NCBI GenBank assembly: GCA_023701125.1
Contig: JAMPXO010000003.1
Span: forward strand, 32,391 to 96,390
DNA length: 64,000 bases
Source of the DNA: Vicinamibacteria bacterium
GTDB taxonomy: Bacteria; Acidobacteriota; Vicinamibacteria; Fen-336
Reading direction: 5' to 3'
The stretch's first letter is position 1. Each line of letters begins with the position of its first letter. The translations under genes and the position numbers were made by a program. The notes beneath the pieces were generated by a model that was given only the letters and a program-made list of their open reading frames with translations, was not told where the DNA came from and searched no databases. Below are positions 17,736 through 29,997 of the stretch, piece after piece.

Positions 17736-18281
17736 CTAGCGCCCCCGGACTCCTCCCCGCCGGCGCGACGGGTCGCGCGGCGCGGTCGCCCGCGCGCGGG
17801 ACGCGGACGCTGCCCATTGTGGCAGTTCCGGCTTCGAAATCCTCTCGAACAGCAGGTGGGTCTCGAGGTGGGCGACCTCGCGCCGGGTGGTGAAGCCCTC
17901 GAGCGCAATGTCCCGCAGATGGTCGGCGTCTCGCACGGCCAGGTGGACGAGGAAGTCGTGGCGCCCGCCCACGTGGTAGAGCGCGACGGTCTCGGGCAGC
18001 GACAGGGCGTGGGCGCGGAAGGCCTCCACCTGCTTGCGCGAGTGGCGCGCCAGCCGCACGAACAGCAACGCTTGCAGGCCGATGCCGAGGGCCCGCGGAT
18101 CGGCCTCCGCGTGGAAGCCGCGCAGCACGCGGTCGTCGGTCAGCCGCCGCACGCGGCCGAGGCACGTGGACGGCGCGAGCCCGACCCGGGCCGCGACCTC
18201 CTTGTTCGACAATCGAGCATCGTTCTGAAGAAGGCGCACGATTTCGAAGTCGATTCGATCCAGTGACGTGTTTTCCGCCAT
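17736..18281 (-). CDS. Lrp/AsnC family transcriptional regulator
   Basis: ATG 18281 inside ORF 17736..20108. LDRIDFEIVRLLQNDARLSNKEVAARVGLAPSTCLGRVRRL HTH plus an RAM/ASNC domain. Confidence 0.85.
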   Translation of the reverse strand: MAENTSLDRIDFEIVRLLQNDARLSNKEVAARVGLAPSTCLGRVRRLTDDRVLRGFHAEADPRALGIGLQALLFVRLARHSRKQVEAFRAHALSLPETVALYHVGGRHDFLVHLAVRDADHLRDIALEGFTTRREVAHLETHLLFERISKPELPQWAASASRARATAPRDPSRRRGGVRGR

Positions 18282-18282
18282 G

Positions 18283-18301
18283 AATCGAAGTGTATTCGAT
18301 T
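18283..18301. promoter_or_regulatory. inverted repeat in the lrp / PLP-lyase divergent intergenic (candidate Lrp operator)
   Basis: AATCGAA-gtgta-TTCGATT. Related GATTCGAT/TTCGAA words occur just upstream at 18241-18262. It is a locally AT-rich island. Confidence 0.35.
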
Positions 18302-18335
18302 GCGGGGCCTCGCCGCCGAACGTCATCATTCGGTC

Positions 18336-19565
18336 ATGAAGCCTGACACCCGCCGCCCACTCGCCGACACGACCCGCGCCGTCCACGCCGGGCGCCACGA
18401 CCTCGCCGAGTTGGGCCTGCACGCGCCGCCGATCGACCTCTCCAGCACCTACCCGACTCCCGACCTCGAGGCCGCGGGGCTCAGCATGGGTTCGCTGGGC
18501 GCTGGCGGCCGGCCGAAGGGCAGCTTCATCTACTCGCGCATGCACAACCCCACGGTTGCCCGCTTCGAGGACGGCATCGCGGAGCTGGAAGGCGCCGAGG
18601 CCGCGGTCGCGTTCGGCTCGGGCATGGCGGCGATCACGGCCGCGCTGCTGGCCGCGGCCGACAACGGCAAGCGGCGCCACGTGCTGGCGGTGCGCCCGCT
18701 GTACGGCGGCACCGACCATCTGCTCGAGGCCGGCACGCTCGGCCTCGACGTGACCTTCACGGACGCAGCGCATGCTGCCGAGCACATCCGGCCGGACACG
18801 GGGCTCGCCATCGCCGAGACGCCGGGCAACCCGACCCTCGACCTGGTCGACATCCGCGCGCTGGCGACCCGCCTGGGCGACGTGCCGCTGATGCTCGACA
18901 ACACGTTCTCGACGCCGATCCTGCAGAACCCGCTGGCATTCGGCGCTGCGCTCGCTCTCCACTCCGCCACCAAGGCGATCGGCGGCCACGGCGACGTGCT
19001 GGCCGGCGTGATCGCCTGCTCGGAGGCGTGGGCCGAGCGGCTGCGCAAGGTGCGGGTGCTGACCGGAGCGGTGCTGCACCCGCTGGCGGCCTACCTGCTC
19101 CACCGCGGCCTGCCGACGCTGCCGCTGCGCGTGCGCGCGATGCAGGCGACGGCCCAGGTGCTGGCCGAGCGCCTCGCGGCCCACCCGGGGATCTCCCGCG
19201 TGCTGTTCCCCGGCCTGCGTGGCGCGGACCCGAACGGGTTGCTCGGTCGCCAGATGCGCGGCCCCGGCTCGATCATGGCCTTCGAGGTCGAAGGCGGGAT
19301 CGAAGCGGCCGCGCGGATGATGAAGACGCTGCAGATCGTCACCCCCGCGGTCAGCCTCGGCTCGACCGACACGCTGATCCAGCACCCGGCGGCGCTCACC
19401 CACCGCTCGGTGTCCGAGGCGGCGCGGCGCGCCGAGGGCATCACCGGTGGCCTGCTCCGCCTCTCGGTCGGCCTCGAGGACGTCGAGGACCTGTGGCACG
19501 ACCTGGAGACCGGCCTGGCCGCCGCGGCCGAGGTCGCGCATCCGGCGGAGATGGCGAAGGCCTGA
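18336..19565 (+). CDS. Cys/Met-metabolism PLP-dependent enzyme (methionine gamma-lyase / cystathionine gamma-synthase family)
   Basis: ATG 18336. PLP-lysine motif HSATKAIGGHGD. Family-typical SRMHNPT and LSVGLEDVEDL. Confidence 0.85.
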   Translation: MKPDTRRPLADTTRAVHAGRHDLAELGLHAPPIDLSSTYPTPDLEAAGLSMGSLGAGGRPKGSFIYSRMHNPTVARFEDGIAELEGAEAAVAFGSGMAAITAALLAAADNGKRRHVLAVRPLYGGTDHLLEAGTLGLDVTFTDAAHAAEHIRPDTGLAIAETPGNPTLDLVDIRALATRLGDVPLMLDNTFSTPILQNPLAFGAALALHSATKAIGGHGDVLAGVIACSEAWAERLRKVRVLTGAVLHPLAAYLLHRGLPTLPLRVRAMQATAQVLAERLAAHPGISRVLFPGLRGADPNGLLGRQMRGPGSIMAFEVEGGIEAAARMMKTLQIVTPAVSLGSTDTLIQHPAALTHRSVSEAARRAEGITGGLLRLSVGLEDVEDLWHDLETGLAAAAEVAHPAEMAKA

Positions 19566-19637
19566 CGAGCGGCAGGCTCTGCCTGCCGCGAGCCGCCCGA
19601 CTGCCCGCGGGGCGGGGTTCGCGTAAGATCCGGCCCC

Positions 19638-19970
19638 GTGGCAGCAGCCAAGCGACTCTACAAGGTCACCTTCCTGAACCAGGGCCAGGTCTACGAGATC
19701 TACGCCCGCAACGTGAGCCAGGCGAACCTGATGGGGTTCGTGCAGGTCGAGCACCTGGTGTTCGGCCAGCGGACCACGGTCGTGGTCGACCCCGCCGAAG
19801 AACGGCTGCAGCGCGAATTCGAGGGCGTCAAGCGCTGCTTCCTGCCGATGCAGGCGATCGTCCGCATCGACGAGGTCGAGAAGCAGGGCCCGTCGCGGAT
19901 CTCCGAGGCCGGCAAGGGCGACAACGTGGCCTCCTTCCCGATCCCGCTCTTCAAGCCCAAGGGAGAATGA
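19638..19970 (+). CDS. DUF1820-family small protein
   Basis: LYKVTFLNQGQVYEIYARNVSQANLMGFVQVEHLVF matches my recollection of the DUF1820 N-terminal pattern. 110 aa. Confidence 0.6.
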   Translation: MAAAKRLYKVTFLNQGQVYEIYARNVSQANLMGFVQVEHLVFGQRTTVVVDPAEERLQREFEGVKRCFLPMQAIVRIDEVEKQGPSRISEAGKGDNVASFPIPLFKPKGE

Positions 19971-19971
19971 G

Positions 19972-21582
19972 ATGAAGCTCGTCGAGTGCGTCCCCAACTT
20001 CTCCGAGGGCCGCGACCGGGCGGTGATCGACGCGATCGCCGAGGCCGTGCGCCAGACTCCGGGCTGCGCGCTGCTCGACGTCGACCCGGGCGCCTCCACG
20101 AACCGCACCGTCTACACTTTCGTCGGCGAGCCCGAGGCGGTGGTCGAAGGCGCGCTGGCCGCGGCCCGCGTCGCCCGCCAGAAGATCGACATGCGCCGCC
20201 ACCAGGGCGAGCACCCGCGGATGGGCGCGCTCGACGTGTGCCCTTTCGTGCCGATCTCGGGTGTCACGATGGAGGACTGCGTCGCTCTCTCGAAGCAGTT
20301 CGGCCAGCGCCTCGGCGAGGAGTTGGGCGTGCCGGTGTTCCTGTACGAGGCTGCTGCCACGCAAGCCCACCGCAAGGCGCTCTCGCAGATTCGCGCCGGC
20401 GAGTACGAGGGGCTCGCGGCCCGACTGCCGAAGCCCGAGTGGAAGCCGGACTTCGGGCCGCAGGCCTTCGTGGCCGAGTGGGGCGCGACCGCGACTGGCG
20501 CCCGCTTCTTCCTGATCGCCTACAACGTCAACATCCTCGGCACCAAGGAGCAGGCCCACCGCATCGCGCTCGACGTGCGCGAGCAGGGCCGCGGGCCAGG
20601 CGAGCCGGGCGCACTCAAGGCGGTCAAGGCGATCGGCTGGTTCGTCGACGAGTACCAGATGGCTCAGGTCTCGATGAACCTCGACGACTTCACGACCACC
20701 CCGCCCCACGTCGCGTTCGAGGCCTGCGCCGAGCGGGCGCGGGCGCTCAACCTCGGCGTGGTGGGCTCGGAAATGGTGGGCCTCGTCCCGAAGCAGGCGC
20801 TCCTGATGGCGGCCGACCACTACATCGCCCGCGAGAACCTTTTCGTCCTCGACGAGCGGCAGAAGATCCGCCTCGCCGTCGAGCGCCTCGGCCTCTCCTC
20901 CTGCCAGCCCTTCGTGCCCGAGAAGCGGGTCATCGAGTACATGATCCCGGCCGCCACGACACCCACGCTCACGGGCCTCACGCTGCGCGGCTTCATCGAG
21001 CAGGTCGGCGCTCGCACACCCGCGCCGGGCGGCGGCTCCGTGTCCGCCGCGGTCGCCGCGATGGGCGCCGGGCTGGGCGCGATGATGGGCTGGATGACCT
21101 ACGGCAAGCGCAAGTTCGAGGCGCACGACGCGCGCATGCGGCAACTGATCCCGCCCATGCACGAGGCGATGACCGCCCTGATTCCGCTGGTCGACGCGGA
21201 CACGGCGGCGTTCGACGCCTACATGGGGGCGATGGGGTTGCCGAAGGACACGCCCGAAAAGGCCGCGGCGCGCACGGCCGCGATGCAGGCGGGCCTGCGC
21301 CGGGCGATCGAGGTGCCGCTGTCCGTGATGCGGATCGCCGACCGTTGCTGGGAGCCGATGATCGAACTCGCCCGGTACGGCAACCCGGCCTCGCGCTCCG
21401 ACCTCGACGTCGGCGCCAAGGCGCTGGAGGCCGGCATCTGGGGCTGCGGTCAGAACGTGCTGATCAACCTCGCGGACGTGAAGGACGACGGCTTCCGCAC
21501 GGCCGCGCGCACGGAAGCGGAGGCGCTCGCGGCCCGCGCGAAGGCCCAGCTCGAGGCCGTCCTGGCGACGAAGTCGTCGTAG
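19972..21582 (+). CDS. ftcD: glutamate formimidoyltransferase / formimidoyl-THF cyclodeaminase fusion
   Basis: GGGAG Shine-Dalgarno upstream. MKLVECVPNFSEGRD N-terminus typical of FTCD_N, plus a helical cyclodeaminase C-terminal domain. 536 aa. Confidence 0.85.
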   Translation: MKLVECVPNFSEGRDRAVIDAIAEAVRQTPGCALLDVDPGASTNRTVYTFVGEPEAVVEGALAAARVARQKIDMRRHQGEHPRMGALDVCPFVPISGVTMEDCVALSKQFGQRLGEELGVPVFLYEAAATQAHRKALSQIRAGEYEGLAARLPKPEWKPDFGPQAFVAEWGATATGARFFLIAYNVNILGTKEQAHRIALDVREQGRGPGEPGALKAVKAIGWFVDEYQMAQVSMNLDDFTTTPPHVAFEACAERARALNLGVVGSEMVGLVPKQALLMAADHYIARENLFVLDERQKIRLAVERLGLSSCQPFVPEKRVIEYMIPAATTPTLTGLTLRGFIEQVGARTPAPGGGSVSAAVAAMGAGLGAMMGWMTYGKRKFEAHDARMRQLIPPMHEAMTALIPLVDADTAAFDAYMGAMGLPKDTPEKAAARTAAMQAGLRRAIEVPLSVMRIADRCWEPMIELARYGNPASRSDLDVGAKALEAGIWGCGQNVLINLADVKDDGFRTAARTEAEALAARAKAQLEAVLATKSS

Positions 21583-21591
21583 GCCGTCCGA

Positions 21592-22905
21592 CTAGAACAG
21601 CACCGTGAAGCGGGTCGGCCCTCCGGGCGCGGCCTCCAGCGAGAACGCGCAGCGGTGCTGGGCCAGGATTTCCTGGACGAGCGTGAGCCCGATGCCCTGG
21701 CCGCCCTCCTTCGTGCTGAAGAAGGGGGTGAACAGGTTCGCGCGGACCTCTTCGCTCAACCCGGGTCCCGTGTCGCGGACCTCGATCAGGCCGCGACCCT
21801 CGCGCCGCCCGGTCACCAGCGTGACGGTGCCGCCGCGGCCCGCCGCTTCGATGGCGTTCTTGATCACGTTGGCGAGTGCCTGCTCCAGCAGCGCCCGGTC
21901 CGCGTCCACGATGACCGGCGCCGGCGCCAGCTCCCAGGCGATGGCGACGCCTCGGGCCCGGGCGTGGGCCGCCAGCAGGCGGGCGAGATCGCCCAGCAAC
22001 TCCCCCACGTCCAGGCGCTCCCGGCGCGGAGGTGGCAACCGGAACAGCGCGGCGAAGCGGCCCAGGAAGTCGGCCAGCGCGCGGGTGCGTTCGATCACGA
22101 CGCCCAGCGCGTTTTCGTAGTCGCCACGGTCCTCGTCGCGCAACTGCGGCGCGTAGGCGAGGCAGGACTGCAGCAGCGAGCCCGAGGCGGCGACGGTGGT
22201 GTTGACCTCGTGCGACATCGTGCGGATCAGCTTCTCGTAGGCCGCGCGCTCGGAGCGCCGCAGTTCTTCGGTCAGCTCGTCGAGCACGAAGAAGCGCCTT
22301 CGGAATCCGCGATCGAGGAAGTGCCCACATTGCGCGCGGACGCGCCGCCCCGCGCTGAGGGTCGCGACCCGGGCCTCGCCATCCGCGAGGCCCGCCACCG
22401 CCTCGCCGAGCGGGCCCGGTAGCGACAGGAGGGCGACCCCGCGCAGCGCCGCAGGCTCGCTGTCGAGCAGGCGGGCGGCCGCCGGGTTGGCGACGTCGAC
22501 CCGCTCGTCGAAGTCCAGGACCAGGACGCCCGTGGCCGAGACCTCCAGGATGCGGCTCAGGAAGTGGTGCCGCTCCTCCGCGTGGACCCGTTCCGAGCGC
22601 AACTGGTCGGCCATCCGGTTGTAGACGTGGACCAGTTCGTCGACCTGCGGCTGGCCCGTGGCCACGAAGCGGGTCGTGAAGTCGCCCTCCTCCAGCAGCC
22701 GCGCGCTGTCGCGCGCCAGCTCCAGCGGCTCGAACAGCGCGGCCGTCAGACGGAAGCCGAGCAGCAGGCTGGCCACGAACAGCGTCTCGACCACGATCAG
22801 CGCCGAGCGGTTCTCGACGAGCAGCACGAAGGCCAGGGCGGCGAACACGCCGTGGATGGCGGCCAGGTACACGAGCACCCGCCCTCGTGGGCTCAGCAGC
22901 TTCAC
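21592..22905 (-). CDS. sensor histidine kinase (2 TM, HAMP, PAS, HisKA, HATPase)
   Basis: Two N-terminal TM segments. H-box IRTMSHEVNT, N-box NVIKNAIEA, G-boxes DTGPGL and GQGIGLTLV. Confidence 0.85.
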   Translation of the reverse strand: MKLLSPRGRVLVYLAAIHGVFAALAFVLLVENRSALIVVETLFVASLLLGFRLTAALFEPLELARDSARLLEEGDFTTRFVATGQPQVDELVHVYNRMADQLRSERVHAEERHHFLSRILEVSATGVLVLDFDERVDVANPAAARLLDSEPAALRGVALLSLPGPLGEAVAGLADGEARVATLSAGRRVRAQCGHFLDRGFRRRFFVLDELTEELRRSERAAYEKLIRTMSHEVNTTVAASGSLLQSCLAYAPQLRDEDRGDYENALGVVIERTRALADFLGRFAALFRLPPPRRERLDVGELLGDLARLLAAHARARGVAIAWELAPAPVIVDADRALLEQALANVIKNAIEAAGRGGTVTLVTGRREGRGLIEVRDTGPGLSEEVRANLFTPFFSTKEGGQGIGLTLVQEILAQHRCAFSLEAAPGGPTRFTVLF

Positions 22906-24128
22906 GTCGCCAGTCCTCCCGCGGTGTCACAATCCGGCATGCGTCCTGACGGGTCCTGGCACCCGGTCCTGCTGTGGATCACCGCCATTCTCCTGGCCCT
23001 CGGGTTCCACGTTCTGGCCCCGGTACTCGAAGTGCCTGACAGCGCGTCGTACCTCGCGCCGGCCCGTTCATGGGCGCGTGGCGACGGGCTGCTGGAGGCG
23101 GACGGATCGCCGATGTCCTACCGGATGCCGGCCTTCCCGCTGGTCGTCGGCATCGGGATCCGGCTCTCCGGCGATCCCGGGAACCTGGCCTCCGTCAGCC
23201 TGACGAACTTCGTCTGCCTGCTGCTCACCGCGCTGCTGACCCGACGCGCGATCCGGAGTCTCGGGGCGCCCGACCTCGCCGATCTCGGCGGGGCCGTGTG
23301 CCTCCTGTACCCGCCGCTGCTGACCTCCACGGCCCTCGTGCTGCAGGAGACCCTGCTCACGTTGTTCGTGACGCTGCTCTTCTCCTGCCTGGTGACGGCG
23401 ACGAAGGAGGACAGCTGGGGGCCAGCGGGCCTCGCCGGAGCCGCGCTCGGCCTCACGCTGCTGACCAAGCCCGTGATCGCTCCGACGGCGCCGCTGCTGC
23501 TGCTGCTGCTGGCTGCGACGCAGCGCAATGTTCGCAAGCGGGTCGCCGCGTTCTGCCTGCTGGCCGCCCTCGTGGTCGCGCCCTGGGCCATCCGCAACGC
23601 GGTGGTGCTGGGCCGCATCGAGCTGGCGCCGGGCAACACCGGGCACACGCTCCTGGGAGGCACCGTCTCCAACCAGATCGACGACTGGTACGGCTTCGAC
23701 GAGTACGAGAGCGCCGCTCGCGACTGGGCCGCGAGTGCTGCGGGCGCCGACACCCTCGACCGTCACCTGACCCGGGTCGCGCTCCACCGGATCGCGCAGG
23801 ACCCGGCCCGCTGGGCCCGGCTCTGCCTCGAGCGCGTGGGCCGCTTCATGCTTCCCTCGCGGGTCTTCTTCGTGCAGGCGGGGCTCTCGCGGACCGGCAG
23901 CTTCGGCCCCCTGTACGTGGTCGCCAGCCTGGTCAGCGTGGCGCTCTTCGCGCTCACGCTGTTCGTCGGCGGGCTGGCCTGGCGAAGGCGCGACCCCGCG
24001 CTGGCCGTCGGTCCGGTGCTCGTGTTGGGCCACGTGCTGGTCTACGCCGCCACCTACGTGAGCCCCCGCTACGCCCTGCCGATCACCCCGGCGCTGATCG
24101 CCTGCGCCGCCTGGGCCGCGCAAGTCGC

Positions 24129-25502
<1,374 letters not shown>

Positions 25503-25529
25503 GCGCGCTCCGGGGGCCAGGCCTGCGGG

Positions 25530-26741
25530 CTACTCGTAGCGCAGGGCCTCGGCCGGTTCCAGCGAGGCCGCAAGGCGCGCCGGGTAGGCGGCAGCGGCGA
25601 GAGCCAGACCATAGAGGCCGAGGACCGAGAGCGCAAGAGAGCGGGCGAAGACCTCCGGACGGATGCCGCTGACGATGTCCATCAGCGGTACCTGGACCAC
25701 GAGCGCGACGCCAGCCAGCACCGCGATCGTGACCAGCAGCGCCACCTCGGCCAGCACCTGGCGGAACACATCGGCCGCCGCGGCGCCGTGGGCGCGACGC
25801 AGACCGATCTCGCGGGTACGCTGGGTGACGTTCTGCCACAGCACGCCCGACAGGCCGAGCGCCACCATGACCAGCAGGAACAACCCGATCACCCCGCCCG
25901 TCGCCAGCGGCACCAGGCTGATCGAGTTACGCGTGGACCGCATCTGGGACAGCGGCTCGATCTGAAACGTGTAGCCCGGGCGCTCCCGCTCGAGCCGCCG
26001 GAGCAGGCGCTCCTCGAGCGCCACCCCGCTGTCCGGCGCCACCCGGACCAGCATCACCCGCGGCAGCCGCCGGATCGCGCCGCTCGCGGGCTCCGCTCGC
26101 CGGAAGACGTAGTGCTCCGGCCCCATCAGTTCGCCGTCCTGGCGGTAGTCGGCGAGCACGCCGACGATGCGCCGGGCCGGGGGCGGCGCCGAGTCGCGCC
26201 CCTCCTGCTCCGCGGTCGCATCGCGCCCGACCACGTCCGCGGTGTCGAACACGTGGCGGGCGAACGACTCCGTGACGACGATCGGCTCGGCCGCGGCGCC
26301 GTCGTCTTCGCGGGAGAACCAGCGGCCGGCAAGCAGTTTGATCCCCAGCGCTTCGGGCAGCCCGTCGTCCGCGCTCGCGATCCGGAACCTGACCCGCCGG
26401 CCGGCGATGCGTCCGGCGTCCATCCACTGCGACTGCTGGAACGGGGCGGGGTCGATGAATGCCGCGGCCTGCACCTCGGGAAACTCGCGCACGGCAGCGC
26501 GCAGGGCGATCAGGTCTGCGCTCGCCATCACCTCGTCGCGGCGTTCGCCGGTGGACGGGCGGATCTGCACGAACCAGGCGTTCTCCCACTCGAAGCCCAG
26601 CGGCCGTCGCCAGTTGTCCGCTGCGACGACGGAGCCGAGCGTGACGCCGAACAGGACCAGGAACGAGGCGAACAGCTCGGCCAGCAACAGCGCCGACTGG
26701 CGCTTGCGGTGCCACACGAGACGCAGCAGGTGGAGGATCAT
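25530..26741 (-). CDS. ABC transporter permease, FtsX/MacB type
   Basis: ATG 26741 (MILHLLRLVWHRKRQS) overlaps the upstream stop (ATGA). FtsX core QRTREIGLRRAHGA. Confidence 0.8.
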   Translation of the reverse strand: MILHLLRLVWHRKRQSALLLAELFASFLVLFGVTLGSVVAADNWRRPLGFEWENAWFVQIRPSTGERRDEVMASADLIALRAAVREFPEVQAAAFIDPAPFQQSQWMDAGRIAGRRVRFRIASADDGLPEALGIKLLAGRWFSREDDGAAAEPIVVTESFARHVFDTADVVGRDATAEQEGRDSAPPPARRIVGVLADYRQDGELMGPEHYVFRRAEPASGAIRRLPRVMLVRVAPDSGVALEERLLRRLERERPGYTFQIEPLSQMRSTRNSISLVPLATGGVIGLFLLVMVALGLSGVLWQNVTQRTREIGLRRAHGAAAADVFRQVLAEVALLVTIAVLAGVALVVQVPLMDIVSGIRPEVFARSLALSVLGLYGLALAAAAYPARLAASLEPAEALRYE

Positions 26742-27975
26742 CGCGCGGCTCCCTTCAGCGCCTGCACGGGATGGAGGCGGGCCAGGCGCCACGCCGGGTA
26801 GGCCCCCGACAGCACGCCGAAGAAGACGGCCAGGCCGAGGCCGAGGCCGAACGTGCGCAGGTTGAGGCCCAGTTGCGCGTAGGGGATCAGGCCGCTGTGA
26901 TTGATCGCGGCCAGCACCAGCGGCGCGGCCAGCAGGGCGAGAGCGCCACCCAGCAGCGTGAGCACGACGTTCTCCAGTACGAACTGGCCGACCAGGCTCA
27001 ACGCCGACGCGCCGAACGCCTTGCGTACGCCGATCTCCGGGGCTCGCTCCAGGATGCGGCTGACCGAGAGGTTGACCAGGTTGATCGTCGGCAGTCCCAG
27101 GAACAGCAGGGTCAGCAGGCCCAGAACGCCGACCAGCCGCTCGGGCCGGCTCTCCGCTTCGTCATGGGTGTCGAAGAGCATCCGCGAGGTGCTGGCGAAC
27201 AGGGTCTCGGGCAGCGCCAGGATGCGCTCGAACCCGGGCTCCGCCGACAGGTCGATCCGCTGCAGGCGCGATCGGAACTCGGCCTGGATCTGCGGGAAGG
27301 CCGCCGCGTCGCGGGCCAGCAGGAGCCCCCAGAAATCGCCGCCGAGTTCCTTGCGGTAGGCCTGGTCCTTGGCCGCGGAGTGCGGGACCCAGACGTCGGA
27401 GAACGGCAGGGCCCGCAGCATCGAGACGTCCGCGACGACGCCCATCACGCGGTAGTTCACCCCGTCCACCTCGACGTCGCGGCCCAGCGCTGGAGCGTCG
27501 CCGAAGATCCGCTCGCGTGTGGAACGGTTCAGCACCGCCACCCGCGAGCCCGCCTCGACCTCGGCCTCGGCGAACGGAGCGCCCTCCAGGAACTCGAACT
27601 GGAGGACCCGCCAGTACTCGGCGTCGGTGCGCTTCATGTAGAGCCGGTGCTTCTGGCCGCCCTGGTAGGAAAACGCCTCGCGCATCGTCGAGGTGATCGC
27701 CATCCGCTCGACCCCGGGCAGGTCGCGCGCGTAGCGGTCGAGCAGGCCGAAGCCGGCCGGCGAAGTCGACTGCGCGTTCTTGCCCTCCATCCGGACGTTG
27801 AAGATCAGCAGCGTGCGATCGTGGTGGACCTCCGGCGGGAACGCCCCGAACACGTTGTCGAGCAGCGCCCCGGCCACGATCAGGACGAGCAGGGTCAGCG
27901 CGATGCCGAACAGGCTGATGGCCGTGAACACCTTGCGGCGCTGGAGCACGGCCAGGGCCAGGCGCAGGTGGCTCT

Positions 27976-27982
<7 letters not shown>
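26738..27982 (-). CDS. ABC transporter permease, FtsX/MacB type
   Basis: MLKSHLRLALAVLQRRKVFTAISLFGIAL N-terminus and FtsX core ERAPEIGVRKAFGA. Confidence 0.85.
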
Positions 27983-28644
<662 letters not shown>

Positions 28645-28657
28645 CCCTGCTCCTCCG

Positions 28658-29902
28658 TCAGCGCAGCCGCAACCGGCGCGCGGTCCCGAAGGCGCTCGTG
28701 TCGGAGACGAGCACCTCCTCCCCCTCCTGCAGTCCTTCGAGCACCTCGATGTGCTCGTAGCTCGCGACGCCCAGCCGCACGCTGCGGCGGCGGGCTTCCC
28801 CGCCTTCGACCACGAACACGTCCTGCACGCCGAGCCCGGTCAGGCCCGGACCGCGCGCGACCCGCAGCACGCCGGCTCGCTGCTCGGTGAGCACCTCGAC
28901 GTCGACCCGCAGATTCGGCCGCAGCGCCGCGTCGCTGGCGTCCTCCAGGGCCACCCGGAAGCTGACCGCCCCGCCCTGCACCGAGGGCTCGACCGCGGCC
29001 ACCGTGCCGGGCAGCGCCCGCTCGCCGAGCCGCACGCGGACGGGCATCCCGGGCCGGAGGACGTTCGCGTGCACGTCCGACAACGTGGCCTGCACGCGGA
29101 ACCGGGTCAGGTCGGCGACCCGGGCCAGCACGTCGCCCGGCCGCACCGTGGAGCCCTCGTCGGTGATCACGAACGTCAGCACCCCCGCCCGCTCGGCGCG
29201 GGCGGTCGCCCGCTGCAGCGTCCGCCACGCCTCGGCCCGCTCCTGGCGCAGGGTGCCGCCCTCGAGCGCGATCTGGCGCAGCCGGGCCGCGGTGCTGGCC
29301 GCCGCGTTCTTCTGCTCGAACTCGAGCTGCGCCACCTCGATCCGGGCCTGGGCGGTCGCCAGCTCGCTCTGCTGCAGCACTTCTTCCGCGATCAGGCCCT
29401 CGGCGTGCAGCTTGCGGTTGCGGGAGAGCTGGGATTCCAGGCTGGCGAGCTGCAGGCCGCGCACGTTGCGCCGGGCCTCGAGGTCGGACTGGGTGCGCTC
29501 GAGGGCCAGTCGCTCGCGCTCCTCGTCGGTCTCGCGCAGCGAAATCTGCTGGTCGAGCCGCTCCACCGCCAGCCGCGCCGGGGCCACGTCCAGTTCCAGG
29601 ATCGGCTCGCCCGCCGCGAGGGTCGCGCCCGGGCGCTTCAGGACGCGGAGCACACGCGCCTCGACAGGGCTGGTCAGGGCCTGCTCCGACTCGGGCAGCA
29701 CCGTCCCGCTGGCGGAGAGCGAGGCCGCGAGATCGCCACGCTCCACCCGCGCGAGCCGGACGCGGTCGCGGGCGATACTCGGTCCGAACCAGTACGGAAA
29801 CGCGAACCAGGCGGTCAGGCTGGCCACGACCACAGCCGCTGCGAGGCGGATGCGGCGGCGGCGCTGGTCAGCGACGAATTCGGCGTCGAGGGGGCGGTCC
29901 AT
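28658..29902 (-). CDS. HlyD-family periplasmic adaptor (membrane fusion protein)
   Basis: N-terminal TM (IRLAAAVVVASLTAWFAF), a coiled-coil hairpin region, and beta-barrel/lipoyl-like segments. ATG 29902 is preferred over 29965 because a sigma-54 promoter lies between them. Confidence 0.8.
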   Translation of the reverse strand: MDRPLDAEFVADQRRRRIRLAAAVVVASLTAWFAFPYWFGPSIARDRVRLARVERGDLAASLSASGTVLPESEQALTSPVEARVLRVLKRPGATLAAGEPILELDVAPARLAVERLDQQISLRETDEERERLALERTQSDLEARRNVRGLQLASLESQLSRNRKLHAEGLIAEEVLQQSELATAQARIEVAQLEFEQKNAAASTAARLRQIALEGGTLRQERAEAWRTLQRATARAERAGVLTFVITDEGSTVRPGDVLARVADLTRFRVQATLSDVHANVLRPGMPVRVRLGERALPGTVAAVEPSVQGGAVSFRVALEDASDAALRPNLRVDVEVLTEQRAGVLRVARGPGLTGLGVQDVFVVEGGEARRRSVRLGVASYEHIEVLEGLQEGEEVLVSDTSAFGTARRLRLR

Positions 29903-29923
29903 GTCGGTTCCGAGCCGACGTAG

Positions 29924-29939
29924 AGCAACCGCGATGCCA
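29924..29939 (-). promoter_or_regulatory. sigma-54 (-24/-12) promoter
   Basis: The minus strand reads CTGGCATCGCGGTTGCT. This is TGGCAT-N5-TTGCT with exact GG-N10-GC spacing, about 22-37 nt upstream of ATG 29902. Confidence 0.6.
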
Positions 29940-29997
29940 GCCAGAAACCCCTGTTTCAGGGGCACTTGTGGCTGATTCCGTGCGCCTTCGGACGAAC

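Noticed and set aside
15643-20108. Very long track ORFs 15643..18165 (840 aa) and 17736..20108 (790 aa) on the minus strand
   Set aside because: Only their 3' thirds have protein-like composition: the membrane protein from ATG 16257 and Lrp from ATG 18281. The remainder is Arg/Ala/Gly/Pro-rich, runs antisense or out of frame to well-supported genes (the hydrolase-TPR protein, the PLP lyase, DUF1820), and is typical stop-codon-poor high-GC artefact.
22957-22972. TGGCACCCGGTCCTGC as a second sigma-54 promoter
   Set aside because: The GG-to-GC spacing is 11 nt instead of 10, and the sequence lies inside the GT39 coding region just after its start codon.
28658-29965. Longer start (ATG 29965, MPLKQGFLAG...) for the HlyD-family adaptor
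   Set aside because: It would place the near-consensus -24/-12 promoter and a palindrome inside the coding region. ATG 29902 gives a normal short cytoplasmic tail followed by a TM segment.
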